DNA from: an uncultured Methanoregulaceae archaeon
GTDB taxonomy: Archaea; Halobacteriota; Methanomicrobia; Methanomicrobiales; Methanospirillaceae
Assembly (NCBI GenBank): GCA_963717525.1
Contig: OY970343.1
Span: 480,001-544,000 of the forward strand
Direction of reading: 5' to 3'
DNA: 64,000 nucleotides
Below the pieces are notes generated by a model. The model was not told the DNA's origin and did not search any database. It saw only the letters and a program-made list of their open reading frames with translations. How positions within the stretch are numbered: the stretch's first letter is position 1; the number at the start of each line of letters is the position of its first letter. This document shows, in pieces, positions 1-15,100 of this stretch. The position numbers and the translations under genes are program-made.

Positions 1-684
1 TATGTGCTGACATTAATCTGTGCATACCTGAGTAAGGTCGAAATAGGTTTCTTCCTTAAGCGCGTCTGGGTGTTCATCCCGATATTTGCGGGAATCATCA
101 TGATCCCGATTCTCTTCAACGTTTTTACGCCCGGCGATGCGCTGGTCACCCTCGCAACCCTGGGCCCGAACGCACACCTTGGCCCGTTTGCACTTCCTCC
201 CGTCATCACCATCACCCGGCAGGGTGTGATGATGGCGGCTCTCTTTGTGCTGCGGGTTGCGACCTGTGTCTCAACGGCCGTCCTCCTTTTCCTCACAACA
301 CCCCGGGATCAGCTCTTCAAATCCCTGCGATCACTCAAAGTGCCAAAGGTCTATGTCCTTACAATGGACATGTGCTACCGTTATATTTTCCTCTTTACTG
401 ATATGGTCAGGGGGTTTTACACAGCAAAAAAAAGCAGATCCCTCAAAACCCTGCCTTTGGTTGAGGAACAAAAATGGGTGGGCAGCCGTGTCGGCTACAC
501 GCTCATAAAGGCATTGAATATGAGCGAGAAGGTGCACGGGGCTATGGTTTCGCGGGGATTTAACGGTGACATCAAGATCATGCACCGGTATGTATTACAC
601 CGGAGGGATTACGTGGCATGCGTGAGTGTCATTGCGCTCAGCCTCTTCCTGATGCTTGCCTCCCAGAACCTGATACGAGTGTAA
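1..684 (+). CDS. ECF transporter T component (CbiQ/NikQ family), 5' end outside window
   Basis: Hydrophobic ORF with CbiQ motifs 'MCYRYIFLF' and 'AMVSRGF'; followed by an ECF ATPase. Confidence 0.85.
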   Translation, partial: YVLTLICAYLSKVEIGFFLKRVWVFIPIFAGIIMIPILFNVFTPGDALVTLATLGPNAHLGPFALPPVITITRQGVMMAALFVLRVATCVSTAVLLFLTTPRDQLFKSLRSLKVPKVYVLTMDMCYRYIFLFTDMVRGFYTAKKSRSLKTLPLVEEQKWVGSRVGYTLIKALNMSEKVHGAMVSRGFNGDIKIMHRYVLHRRDYVACVSVIALSLFLMLASQNLIRV

Positions 685-705
685 CGAGGAGATACGAGGC
701 ACACC

Positions 706-1543
706 ATGGAACCAATCTTCGATTTGCGTGATGTATCCTACACGTACCTGAGACGGTTCGAAGCGCTCAAAGGTGTGACAGCATCGTTCTATGCCGGCGA
801 ACAGGTCGCTATTCTCGGGGCGAACGGGAGCGGCAAATCGACGCTTCTTGCGATCCTGAATGCACTGAGTTACCCCACGTCGGGAGAGTTTTATGCGTTC
901 GGAAACCCGGTAAAAGAAGAAGTGTTCGATACCCTTGAGGACAATGAATTCAATCGTTTCTTCCGGAAAAAAGTCGGCTTTTTATTCCAGAATCCGGATA
1001 TTCAGCTCTTCTCTTCAACCGTTTTTGACGAGATTGCCTTTGGTCCCCTCCAGCTCGACCTGCCTCCCGATGAAGTACCTGATGAGGACGGAAGAGGTTA
1101 TTGCAATGCTGGGGATCGAAAACCTCCGGGACCGGGCGCCCCACATGCTGAGCGGAGGCGAGAAAAAGAAGGTCTGTATCGCATCGATCCTGTCCACAAA
1201 TCCCGATGTCCTGCTCCTTGACGAACCTACCGGGGGTCTTGACCCACGCAGCCAGATCTGGCTGATAGAGCTCATCCAGGATCTTGCGAAGTGCGGTAAG
1301 ACGATTATTACGGCCACCCATGACCTCAATATTGTCGAACAGATCAGCACCCGTGCCATCGTTGTCGGGGAAGACCATATGATAAAGGCAGATTCTGACT
1401 GCGCAGGCGTCATGAGCAACATGGACCTGCTGATATCTGCAAACCTCGTTCACCGGCATATGCACCGCCACGGCAAACTTCTCCACGAACACCTTCATGT
1501 CCACTCAAAAGAACATGACCATGTTCACAGCAATGCGTCGTGA
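706..1543 (+). CDS. ECF transporter ATPase (CbiO/NikO family) with His-rich tail; frameshift near 1078
   Basis: Walker A GANGSGKST and FQNPD in ORF 706-1221; LSGGEKK, LLLDEPT and THD in overlapping ORF 935-1543; an extra base near 1078 joins them. Confidence 0.85.
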
Positions 1544-1675
1544 TGTGCGGAATTCCTGTTCTGCAGGTCCGGAGTTAAGAAAACCTGTAATCCGCGAAAT
1601 ATCCGGATAAAATCCTGACGGCTTTTTTCGTTTGCAAAAATGGTGTTCCCTGTTACTAAAACGCCAGGGCAGGGT

Positions 1676-1855
1676 TTATACAGCCCATACTCCGAAGAAC
1701 TGGCCGAGTTTATACAGTACGGTTATCGTGAGGCAGGTTCCGATTATTGCAATGTATATCAGGTTTTTATTTTCCTGAAAGAACGTTGTGACCGCATGGA
1801 TCATGGCAGGACCTTTTGTGCACAGGTAATTGCCGTTTTTTTGTCTTTTTGCCAT
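1676..1855 (-). CDS. Small single-TM protein (59 aa, or 42 aa from the second Met)
   Basis: Manual translation MAKRQKNGNYLCTKGPAMIHAVTTFFQENKNLIYIAIIGTCLTITVLYKLGQFFGVWAV; downstream of and co-oriented with the PDGLE gene. Confidence 0.4.
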   Translation of the reverse strand: MAKRQKNGNYLCTKGPAMIHAVTTFFQENKNLIYIAIIGTCLTITVLYKLGQFFGVWAV

Positions 1856-2020
1856 GAATGTTCCCTTTCATCAATGATTATGTGCCTGAATTCTCACATC
1901 TGCCAGAATTCGTGTACATTTAATCCATCCATAACGTTTTGGGGGGAATAAACCGATTTCTTATCGTCCTTTCCCGGGAGGCGCTGAGAAAGTAAAAATG
2001 TATTTTCAATCCGGCAGATT

Positions 2021-2377
2021 TCAGTCATCCCGTTTAATAACCGCTTTTCCAATCAGATATGCGACTCCGCCAGCGATAAGAACCCCAACAATAGCCGATA
2101 CATAATAGCCCGGCGTCTGGGTTGGTATGGTTGTGTGGTCTCCCGGCAGATCATAACCGCCTAACGGGGCGCTCCAGAGGCCGGTCATCTGCTGAAGCCC
2201 GGCCGGAACATAACCTACTGCCTGCTGGAGTTCATCGGGGCCCCATTCCCCAAAGGCAGTTCCGCTTGCGATTAATCCAATGGGAACAAGTACCATGAGG
2301 ACAATCAGAGCAATAACGAGAACTCTGAACGTCTTGTCCAGTTTATTGAATTTACCCATAACATCCATACGGTTCAC
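2021..2377 (-). CDS. PDGLE-domain accessory membrane component of the Ni/Co ECF transporter
   Basis: 'GTAFGEWG..EL', 'WSAPLGGYDLPG', two TM helices; directly after nikM. Confidence 0.8.
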   Translation of the reverse strand: MNRMDVMGKFNKLDKTFRVLVIALIVLMVLVPIGLIASGTAFGEWGPDELQQAVGYVPAGLQQMTGLWSAPLGGYDLPGDHTTIPTQTPGYYVSAIVGVLIAGGVAYLIGKAVIKRDD

Positions 2378-2383
2378 CTCTCC

Positions 2384-3115
2384 TCACACCGGCGCCGCTC
2401 CTTGGCCGGTTTCTGGTTTTGAGTATTTTTCGATCTCAGATTTATAATTAAAGATAACGTCCGGATTGTTTTTCGCGATATAGGCAAATGCCAGACCGGT
2501 AACGATCAACTCCACCCAGCAGAAGAAACCAAAATGATCGATCAGCATTGCTGGTACAGTAACGTTGAGCCCGTAAGGCATGTAGAGGGGTACACCAGCT
2601 GCAGTGTGTTCCAGAATCGGTTGGATGCCCATCTCAAACCCGGCGACACCGGCAGCGATGCCCAATCCGAAATACCCTCCAATAGCTGCAGCAGCGATCC
2701 TCAGGTTTGAGGCAATCGGTGATTTCCCGGCGATGAGTTTATAGATGAAGTAGCCCACGAACGGGATGACGGTGCCCATATTGAAACAGTTTGCCCCAAA
2801 TGCAGTGATCCCACCATCCCCAAAGACGAGGCACTGGATAAGGAGCGCGACAGAGGTTGTCACGACTGCCGCCCAGGGGCCAAGGATGATTGCAACGAGC
2901 GCACTCCCCACCGCATGCCCCGAACTGCCGCCGGGAACAGGCACGTTGAACATCATGATCACAAACGAGAATGCAGCTGCCAGTGCCAGGTACGGCACCT
3001 GCCGGGACCGAAGGTTTTTCTGCACCCAGTACCCGGCATACAGCCAGATAGGGATCATAATCAGGTACATGGTGATGAAGGTCGTCGGACCTAGGTATCC
3101 ATCAGGTATATGCAT
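2384..3115 (-). CDS. nikM: ECF S component, NikM-type (CbiM family)
   Basis: N-terminus MHIPDGYL, typical of Ni-preferring NikM; GGSSGHAVG and GDGGITAFG motifs. Confidence 0.85.
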   Translation of the reverse strand: MHIPDGYLGPTTFITMYLIMIPIWLYAGYWVQKNLRSRQVPYLALAAAFSFVIMMFNVPVPGGSSGHAVGSALVAIILGPWAAVVTTSVALLIQCLVFGDGGITAFGANCFNMGTVIPFVGYFIYKLIAGKSPIASNLRIAAAAIGGYFGLGIAAGVAGFEMGIQPILEHTAAGVPLYMPYGLNVTVPAMLIDHFGFFCWVELIVTGLAFAYIAKNNPDVIFNYKSEIEKYSKPETGQGAAPV

Positions 3116-3691
3116 GTTTTCTCCGGAATAGAATAACCGCTTTTTGTTATAAAAAACTGCCGATTTCGTAGCACTAACTACTACTAAATATTTAAAAATT
3201 TCAATTAAATTTTACAAGAGCAAAAAATAGTATATCGTTGTTACTCAGTATATAATGCGAGATTTTACGCCATCAGGATCTCGTATGTTCTGGCCCGGGT
3301 TCTGGACCCGGCGATGGCGCAGCAGGTTGTGGGGATGATTACCGGGATAGCGGTATAAAATCGCTCCCCGTTTATCCCACGTAGGAAATACCTGAAATCA
3401 TGGGGTCTGAACCCTGAAAGGGAATAAGCCCAAATTGGGCTCCTTTTCCGTATTTTGGATCCCGATCTCTTCAGGGGACGCCTGTAAATTGCTTCTTTTC
3501 AGTTCGTGTGGAAAATACGCCATATAATTGCTCCGTTTGCCAAAATACGGCTGATTTCGATGTCAGCTATGGGCCATTAAAGACCCTAGAATCGAGGCTA
3601 TTTTCGCCACCTTGTTTACCCCATCCGGCCCCTGGAAAGGCCGTAAAAAGGCCGAATATGACAATCTTTTTTCTGGGGGGGGGGTCGATGA

Positions 3692-4473
3692 TCATTGATC
3701 TTCGGGAAGGATCAAATCGTGGACCTTGTACTCAAGCGGGGTGTTCTCCAGGCGCTTGACAAGATTTGCGGACTCATCGTCCACGATAACGATCGCACAC
3801 GTGATCCCGTGGTACGCAGCATCGATAACGCCTTCAGATGCCCCAAAGAAGAGGTCAGGGTTCCTGCCAATGGATTTCAGTGCGATCGACGATTCAATCC
3901 CGACAGCCGCGACGAGTCCGGCCATGGCAACGATCTTTTTGAGTTTGTCCCTCCTGACTTTGAGAGAACCCCCGCGCTGGATCCGGGTACTATGCAGACA
4001 TTGATAACTCCCTCGTGGTGATCGATTATTCCGACCACATCAAAAATTCCCACGTCATTGTTCTTCTTTGCATCTGCATAGACCGTTGCGGTCGCCGACC
4101 TCGGTTTCTTCCCCGCACAGAGATACCCGTCCTTCATATAAAGACCGATGACGTCCCCCTTTTTCATGTCACCGGCAGCAATTGCAGTCCATACCGAGAC
4201 ATGCTTGATGATGTCGCGCCGGATATGCCGGACATATAATTCTAGGGCAGCTGCGTTCTCCATGACCCATGCCATCCCGGTCTTGGTCACTGCATAATTG
4301 CTCCGGCCACTCACGGCTACCATACCTTCGTCCACCAGATCGCGGATATATTCGGAGACGGCCTGCGGTGTCATGCCAATCTTTTCGGCAATCTCCAGCT
4401 GGCGTACGGCCGGCTGGCGTTCGGCAATCTCTACAAGGATCTGGAATCGCGAGACATCGCCTTTGTTCCGCAT
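3692..4473 (-). CDS. Winged-helix transcriptional regulator with C-terminal alpha/beta domain; frameshift near 3985
   Basis: HTH 'QLEIAEKIGMTPQAVSEYIRDLVDEG'; restoring one base near 3985 gives PRIQRGGS... continuing into ORF 3692-3925. Confidence 0.8.
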
Positions 4474-4712
4474 AAGGAAGGGTATGGGTCCCTTTGTATC
4501 CTGGGTCAGGCTGCATCAGCTCCGGCGTCTTATGTACCAGGAAAAAGAGTGACGACCGGGAGCTGATTATTCTTTCGGGCGTTCTGATGAGTTGTCGATT
4601 TATTTTGGATTTTTCGAGAAGAATGAATATTGGTCATCAACCGTAAATGCATCAGAACCCAACTTAGCAATATTTATTTAGTTATATCAATAAAACATGA
4701 TCTCGTATTATT

Positions 4713-5411
4713 ATGCATATTATGGAAGGATTCTTACCCTGGCAATGGTGCGTCTTCTGGTACCTTGTATCAGCGCCATTCATCATTTACGGGATTTACC
4801 TCTTGAACCGTCAGGTTAAAGCGCAACGTGAAACACTCTCGCTTCTTGCAGTGTCAGGTGCATTTATCTTCCTCCTGTCTTCACTGAAGATGCCATCCCC
4901 TGTCGTGGGTAGTTGTTCCCATCCCACGGGGACCGGACTTTCGGTCGTGCTGTTTGGTCCTTTTATCACTGTCGTTCTCAGCCTGATTGTCCTTATATTC
5001 CAGGCGCTGTTCATGGCCCACGGCGGGATCACTACGCTTGGCGCGAATGTCTTCTCGATGGGAATTGCCGGGCCGCTTCTCGGGTATGCCGTGTACCGGC
5101 TGGGAAAAGCGGTGAACCTAAACATATTCATCAATGTGTTCCTCGTCACGGCAGTCGCGGACCTCTTCACGTATGTTATTACGTCGATCGAGCTCGCTGC
5201 AGCATTCCCGGCAACGCACGGCGGCTTTATGGTCTCGTGGGAGACCTTCTTTGCCATCTATGCAGTAACGCAGATCCCCTTAGCGATCCTTGAAGGCGTA
5301 CTCATTGCCCTCGTGTTCAAGTACATTGTCCAGAGCCGGGGTGATATCCTCGTCAAACTCAAAGTACTCACACCGGAGCAGGTTACTAAAATCATGGAGA
5401 GTTTCAAATGA
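4713..5411 (+). CDS. cbiM: Cobalt ECF S component CbiM
   Basis: N-terminus MHIMEGFLP, SCSHPTGTG, AHGGITTLGAN. Confidence 0.92.
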   Translation: MHIMEGFLPWQWCVFWYLVSAPFIIYGIYLLNRQVKAQRETLSLLAVSGAFIFLLSSLKMPSPVVGSCSHPTGTGLSVVLFGPFITVVLSLIVLIFQALFMAHGGITTLGANVFSMGIAGPLLGYAVYRLGKAVNLNIFINVFLVTAVADLFTYVITSIELAAAFPATHGGFMVSWETFFAIYAVTQIPLAILEGVLIALVFKYIVQSRGDILVKLKVLTPEQVTKIMESFK

Positions 5412-5734
5412 CCCTCACATTTTTCATGAAGTACAAACTTGAGATCATCTTTGCGGTTGTCGTCATCGTCTTTGCTGCAGTCTTTCTCATCCAGAATGCC
5501 AACATCCAGGCAAACGCCAAACCCGGACAGGAGACCTGGCAGGGTTCTGATGATATGGGCAGCGCTGCAATTGAGGCCACGGGCTATACTCCATGGATAC
5601 AGCCTCTCTGGACACCCCCCAGCACTGAGGTCGAATCCCTGCTTTTCAGCATCCAGTCCGGCCTCGGGGCGCTCGTGATCGGGTACTTCTTTGGCTATTA
5701 CCGGGGCAAACGGGATAGCGCGAAAGCTGCATAA
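5408..5734 (+). CDS. cbiN: Cobalt ECF accessory component CbiN
   Basis: WQGSDD...YTPWIQPLWTPPSTEVESLLFSIQ...GYFFGY. Confidence 0.92.
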   Translation: MTLTFFMKYKLEIIFAVVVIVFAAVFLIQNANIQANAKPGQETWQGSDDMGSAAIEATGYTPWIQPLWTPPSTEVESLLFSIQSGLGALVIGYFFGYYRGKRDSAKAA

Positions 5735-5781
5735 CCTCTCTTTCATTTATTGACATCTTTGATCCACGATATGGATTCCTT

Positions 5782-6576
5782 ATGAAAATTCTGGAGGACA
5801 ACCTGGATTACTATGCACAGGCAAATGCCTTACGGGACGTTAACAGCTATCTCAAATTTATCCTTGGAATTGGGGCGATACTGATCTGTGTTGTCTCCCC
5901 GGGCCCGGTCGCCCCCCTGTTTATCCTCTTTACCCTTTCAGCGATCACGCTGGTATTCGCAAAAATACCGGTGGGGGTGTACGCAGAACTCCTCTTGATC
6001 CCGCTGACATTTGCAGTCTTATCCGTAATTGTAATTCTCTTCCTGAGCGGTGGCGGCGAACCAATCCTGACGTTTTCCATCGCTAACGTCCCGTTGACCG
6101 TCACGTCCGGCTCTGCAAATCTCGGATTCCTTGTACTGGTCCGGACCTTTGGCGGGATGTGCGGGCTCTTCTTTATCGCCCTGACCACCCCCATGATCGA
6201 GATCTTTTCTGTCATGCACGGGCTGCGCGTCCCGCCGGTGCTTATTGATCTTTCCATGCTGATCTACCATTTCATCTTCGTTTTTATCGGCCAGGCAATC
6301 GCTATCCACAACGCCCAGACTATCCGGCATGGGTACACCTCATTTAAACGATCAATCAATTCAATGGCGATGCTCGGTGCCATGCTCTTTATCCGTGCAT
6401 GGAAAGAGGCTGAAGACCTGATCATCGCGATGGATTCGCGATGCTATGATGGAAAATTGGAACTGCCCGGCCAGCAGAACCCCCCGAAGCCGGTAGCAAT
6501 TGCGTCTATCGCAGTCTACCTGGGGCTCTGCATTACCGTTGCAGTCATGACGAGCACAATTGTGCCTTTCAGGTGA
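5782..6576 (+). CDS. cbiQ: Cobalt ECF T component CbiQ
   Basis: ALTTPM, RHGY and AMDSRCYDG motifs; operon context. Confidence 0.9.
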   Translation: MKILEDNLDYYAQANALRDVNSYLKFILGIGAILICVVSPGPVAPLFILFTLSAITLVFAKIPVGVYAELLLIPLTFAVLSVIVILFLSGGGEPILTFSIANVPLTVTSGSANLGFLVLVRTFGGMCGLFFIALTTPMIEIFSVMHGLRVPPVLIDLSMLIYHFIFVFIGQAIAIHNAQTIRHGYTSFKRSINSMAMLGAMLFIRAWKEAEDLIIAMDSRCYDGKLELPGQQNPPKPVAIASIAVYLGLCITVAVMTSTIVPFR

Positions 6577-6579
6577 ACG

Positions 6580-7803
6580 ATGACAAACCTGCTCGAATTT
6601 GATGATATTCATTATGCCTACCCCAATTGCCGGGAGTCACTTTCCGGTGTCACCTTCTCGATAAAAAAAGGAGCCAGGGTTGCTCTGGTCGGCCCCAATG
6701 GTGCCGGGAAGACCACCCTGATGCTAATGTGCAACGGGGTTCTTGAACCCTCGAAGGGGCGTGTGCTTCTCGATGGCAAACCTCTCGCATATGACAGCAG
6801 ATCGCTTCGGGAGGTGAGGAAAAAAGTCGGTATGGTTTTCCAGAACTCGGATATGCAGCTTTTCGCGCCAACAGTGTACCAGGACGTTGCATTTGGCCCC
6901 CTTAATCTCGGTATGACACAGGAGGAGATCCAGTCAGCGGTCGCGAGATCGCTTGCAGCCGTGGGCCTTACCGGATATGAGAAGCGGCCGCCCCACCAGC
7001 TGAGCGGCGGTGAGAAGAAACGGGCCGCGATCGCCGGTACCCTTGCCATGGACCCGGAGATCCTGGTTTTTGATGAACCCACCAGTTCACTCGACCCCGC
7101 CGGTGCTGCGGACCTCATGGAACTGCTCGACGAGCTCAATGAGAAAGGTGCGACGATTATTATCTCCACGCATGATGTGGAGCTCGCCTACCTCTGGGCG
7201 GACCAGATTATCCTCATAAACAAAGGGACTGTGCTTCATGCGGGCACTCCCGAAGAGGTCTTTACGGATCCTGCGCTTGTGACTTCTTCGAACCTCAGGA
7301 TGCCTGCGGTGCTGGAAGTCTACACGGAGCTCGTCTCGCGGCAGATGGTAGAGAGAACGCAGTCCCCAAAGTCTGTTTTGCAACTGGTCAGCTCACTTGA
7401 ACAGAATTTCAGTAAACCACAGGTAGACAGGGCCCTTGGGACCATCACAGTCTGTGACGTGGATGCGACCGGGGCTGATGAAATCATGGCATGGATAGCA
7501 GACCACCCGGGGTTCAGGTGCGGGGCAATGGGGACCCGGGCGAAGAACATTGCCGAACATGAATCGATAAAACTCGATTTCACCTATGGAGTAATAGACA
7601 AAGGAATCCTGCGGGCACTCGTCGGGGAATGTTCGGTCCTCCTCACGCCGGCATCGATGGTGCCGCATGTGTTCCGGCGGGTTGAGACCTACTGCCGGGA
7701 GAGCGGCAATACGATTGCCGTTATCTCTATGAGGACTACAAATCGATCCCCCGCAACTGGTATCATGAAGGATGAAGGCAACAAAAATGAACCCTCACTC
7801 TGA
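6580..7803 (+). CDS. cbiO: Cobalt ECF ATPase CbiO with ~130-aa C-terminal extension
   Basis: GPNGAGKTT, LSGGEKK, FDEPT, STHD; 407 aa, longer than a plain ABC ATPase. Confidence 0.9.
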   Translation: MTNLLEFDDIHYAYPNCRESLSGVTFSIKKGARVALVGPNGAGKTTLMLMCNGVLEPSKGRVLLDGKPLAYDSRSLREVRKKVGMVFQNSDMQLFAPTVYQDVAFGPLNLGMTQEEIQSAVARSLAAVGLTGYEKRPPHQLSGGEKKRAAIAGTLAMDPEILVFDEPTSSLDPAGAADLMELLDELNEKGATIIISTHDVELAYLWADQIILINKGTVLHAGTPEEVFTDPALVTSSNLRMPAVLEVYTELVSRQMVERTQSPKSVLQLVSSLEQNFSKPQVDRALGTITVCDVDATGADEIMAWIADHPGFRCGAMGTRAKNIAEHESIKLDFTYGVIDKGILRALVGECSVLLTPASMVPHVFRRVETYCRESGNTIAVISMRTTNRSPATGIMKDEGNKNEPSL

Positions 7804-8866
7804 CAATCATAACCACCGCGAAGATAACGACCATGAACATGGCCATTTTCATGGACATCATCATGTTGAAGGCCATGAGAATCATCATGATCATCATGGC
7901 CATGGGCATGGCCATATGCACGGCGTTGTCGATCCTTCAATCTTTGCAACCGAACGGGGCATCTGGGCGGTCAAGTGGTCGTTTGTCGGTCTGTTCATTA
8001 CCGCGATCCTACAGATCGTCGTTGTGTATTATTCTGGGAGTATCGCGCTCCTTGCCGATACCATCCACAATTTCGGGGATGCGCTTACCGCGATTCCGCT
8101 CCTGTTTGCATTTCTGCTTTCCTCGCGAAAACCGACCTACCGGTTTACGTACGGGTACGGGCGCGTTGAAGATCTTGCTGGAGTGGCTGTCGTCCTGATG
8201 ATCCTTATATCCGCGATTGTTGCCGGATATGAATCCATCAACCGGCTTATTCACCCTCAGACCGTGACGTTTCTCTGGGCTGTTGCGATGGCAGCAGTTA
8301 TCGGGTTTATCGGGAATGAAGCGGTAGCACAGCTCCGTCTCCGCGTGGGAAAGGAGATCGGCAGCGCGGCGCTCGTTGCGGACGGCTACCATGCACGGAC
8401 GGACGGGTGGACAAGCCTTGCGGTCCTTTTTGGAGCCATCGGGGTTTATCTCGGATTCCCGCTTGCCGATCCGATTATCGGTCTTGCCATTACGATAGCG
8501 ATATTCTGGATTGTCTGGGATTCGGCAAAGACCATATTCACCCGGCTTCTCGATGGAGTTGACCCGGAAATCCCAAAAGAAATTTTCCATGTCGCACACC
8601 ACGTCAGCGGCCTCCGTAAAGTTACCGGTGTAAAAGTGAGATGGCTGGGACACCGGCTCCACGCAGAGGTCAGCATCACGGTAGATTCGTCACTTTCCGT
8701 TGAGCAGGGGCATACGATTGCAAAAGAAGTCCAGCATGAACTTCTCCATCATCTCAAGTACCTCTCGGATGCAACCGTCCATGTGGATCCCATAACTGAG
8801 TCCGGACCAGCGTACCATCATATCGAAGAGCATAGCCATGACGGATTGCCTGCGCATTCGCATTGA
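7772..8866 (+). CDS. Cation diffusion facilitator (CDF) with His-rich termini
   Basis: SIALLADTIHNFGD, GYGRVEDLAG, ADGYHARTD; long His-rich N-terminus. Confidence 0.92.
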   Translation: MKATKMNPHSDNHNHREDNDHEHGHFHGHHHVEGHENHHDHHGHGHGHMHGVVDPSIFATERGIWAVKWSFVGLFITAILQIVVVYYSGSIALLADTIHNFGDALTAIPLLFAFLLSSRKPTYRFTYGYGRVEDLAGVAVVLMILISAIVAGYESINRLIHPQTVTFLWAVAMAAVIGFIGNEAVAQLRLRVGKEIGSAALVADGYHARTDGWTSLAVLFGAIGVYLGFPLADPIIGLAITIAIFWIVWDSAKTIFTRLLDGVDPEIPKEIFHVAHHVSGLRKVTGVKVRWLGHRLHAEVSITVDSSLSVEQGHTIAKEVQHELLHHLKYLSDATVHVDPITESGPAYHHIEEHSHDGLPAHSH

Positions 8867-9313
8867 ACCGGTCAGGACAGAAAAATTGTAATGATGCTAT
8901 CATGAGATGGAGATAAAAATACCAAAATTTTATGCCGTCAATTATTATTTGCGAACGAACCATCTCGCTGCAGAAAGCCGGAACCGGCATCCATCCGGGG
9001 TGGAAAGAATCTTTTTTTTATCCGGGCTCCTGCTCAAATATTGGATCTGAACCCTTTTTTATCCGGGAGATCCTCGATATGACCGGTATCGACATCGAAA
9101 AGATCGGCGATCCCAATGCTCTTTGTTTTGAGATCCATATTCCCGGTGGAGGTTACCGGTTTTTCCGAAGAATTTTCTTTAAAGAAAAGGCGCCCGGTCC
9201 CCGCCCATTCCCACGCCTGATTTTATGACGGCAGGATTTTAATGTCCCAGCACCAATAATTATTGTGATAATCTCAGGGAATTTTTTACTGATTTTTACG
9301 AGGGGGTTTTTCC

Positions 9314-13923
<4,610 letters not shown>

Positions 13924-14007
13924 CCCACCTTTTTTACGGCCCGCCCGTGATGGTATCATAACATTTTTTAAGCTGTCTTTTCCAAGGATGGTCTACGGAA
14001 TGATTCC

Positions 14008-14532
14008 TTGACCTCCCCGCACCGCGACCATGCGCTTACTGAACTCTATACGTTCCTGCTGATTGTCCTGCTGATCTGCATCGCGGTAATTATTATCATG
14101 AGTGTTTCGACCGGTTTTGTCACGTCCCTGCTTCAGAAACCCCCGACGTTTGCTGTCAGGGCTGCAATCACTACACCCTATGCCGGTAAAAACGTCATAT
14201 GCCTGTACCACGGGGCAGGGGATCCGGTTGCACTCTCCAGTCTGTCTGCATCAGGGTATTCGAGAGGAATTTTTTTCACTCTTGAATCCCCTGACGGGAC
14301 CAAAATTGCGGTATCTCCCTCTCCCACCATGACAGGAAATCCGTGGGAGAGCGGGGGAACGGCGATCATCTACTACGACGGCTCCCGTTTCTGGGTGACC
14401 GATAATTATACCTTCCCTGCGGCAAAGAACGGGTCAGTGGGGATAGCAGATATGCCTCCCGGGATCTGGGTCATATATATCACGGACCAGCAAACGCAGG
14501 TTGTTGTGAACTCCCTTGCAGTAACTGCGTGA
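14008..14532 (+). CDS. Archaeal pilin-like protein (class III signal peptide-like N-terminus)
   Basis: RDHALTELYTFLLIVLLICIAVIII followed by a beta-rich domain with 'LYHGAGDPV'. Confidence 0.55.
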   Translation: MTSPHRDHALTELYTFLLIVLLICIAVIIIMSVSTGFVTSLLQKPPTFAVRAAITTPYAGKNVICLYHGAGDPVALSSLSASGYSRGIFFTLESPDGTKIAVSPSPTMTGNPWESGGTAIIYYDGSRFWVTDNYTFPAAKNGSVGIADMPPGIWVIYITDQQTQVVVNSLAVTA

Positions 14533-14540
14533 TATCCCCT

Positions 14541-14981
14541 ATGACACAAAAAACGGTGACACTTATGTTCCGGAAAAGAATCAACATTTCTACCAGCCAC
14601 GAAGGAGAGATCATCGACATTACTCCAAAGGTGGCTGCTGCCGTCCGCGAGAGCAGGGTTCAGGAAGGGCTGGTCCACCTGTTCGTGCAGCACTCGACTG
14701 CAGCGCTGACCACGATCGAGTACCAGCCCGGTGTGCTGACAGATCTCGCCCGGGCGCTGTCCGTTCTTGCACCCGATAATGAAGACTACGCCCACAACGC
14801 CAAATGGGGCGATGGCAACGGACGTTCGCATGTCAAGGCTGCCCTCGTGGGTCCTTCTCTTACCGTCCCGATTACAGGCGGGGCACTTGGCTGTGGGACA
14901 TGGCAGCAGATCGTCCTTCTTGAACTGGATGTAAATGCGGGCCGGGAACGGACGATCATATGCACGGTGACGGGCGAATAA
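14541..14981 (+). CDS. YjbQ/UPF0047 family protein
   Basis: HSTAALT, YAHN...DGNGRSHVKA, GTWQQI motifs. Confidence 0.9.
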   Translation: MTQKTVTLMFRKRINISTSHEGEIIDITPKVAAAVRESRVQEGLVHLFVQHSTAALTTIEYQPGVLTDLARALSVLAPDNEDYAHNAKWGDGNGRSHVKAALVGPSLTVPITGGALGCGTWQQIVLLELDVNAGRERTIICTVTGE

Positions 14982-15100
14982 GAATAGGGAGAACCCCACA
15001 GCAGTGAGGCCCGGATGTGCCTGCTTTTTTTTAGATCTGCTGGTACGATCTCCGGCATGGAACAAACCCTATTTTATCTTTCCCATGCAACCAGTGATCC

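Noticed and set aside
4474..4712. Cobalamin riboswitch upstream of cbiM
   Set aside because: No B12-box or GGGAA/GCCACTG core recognised, consistent with protein-based regulation
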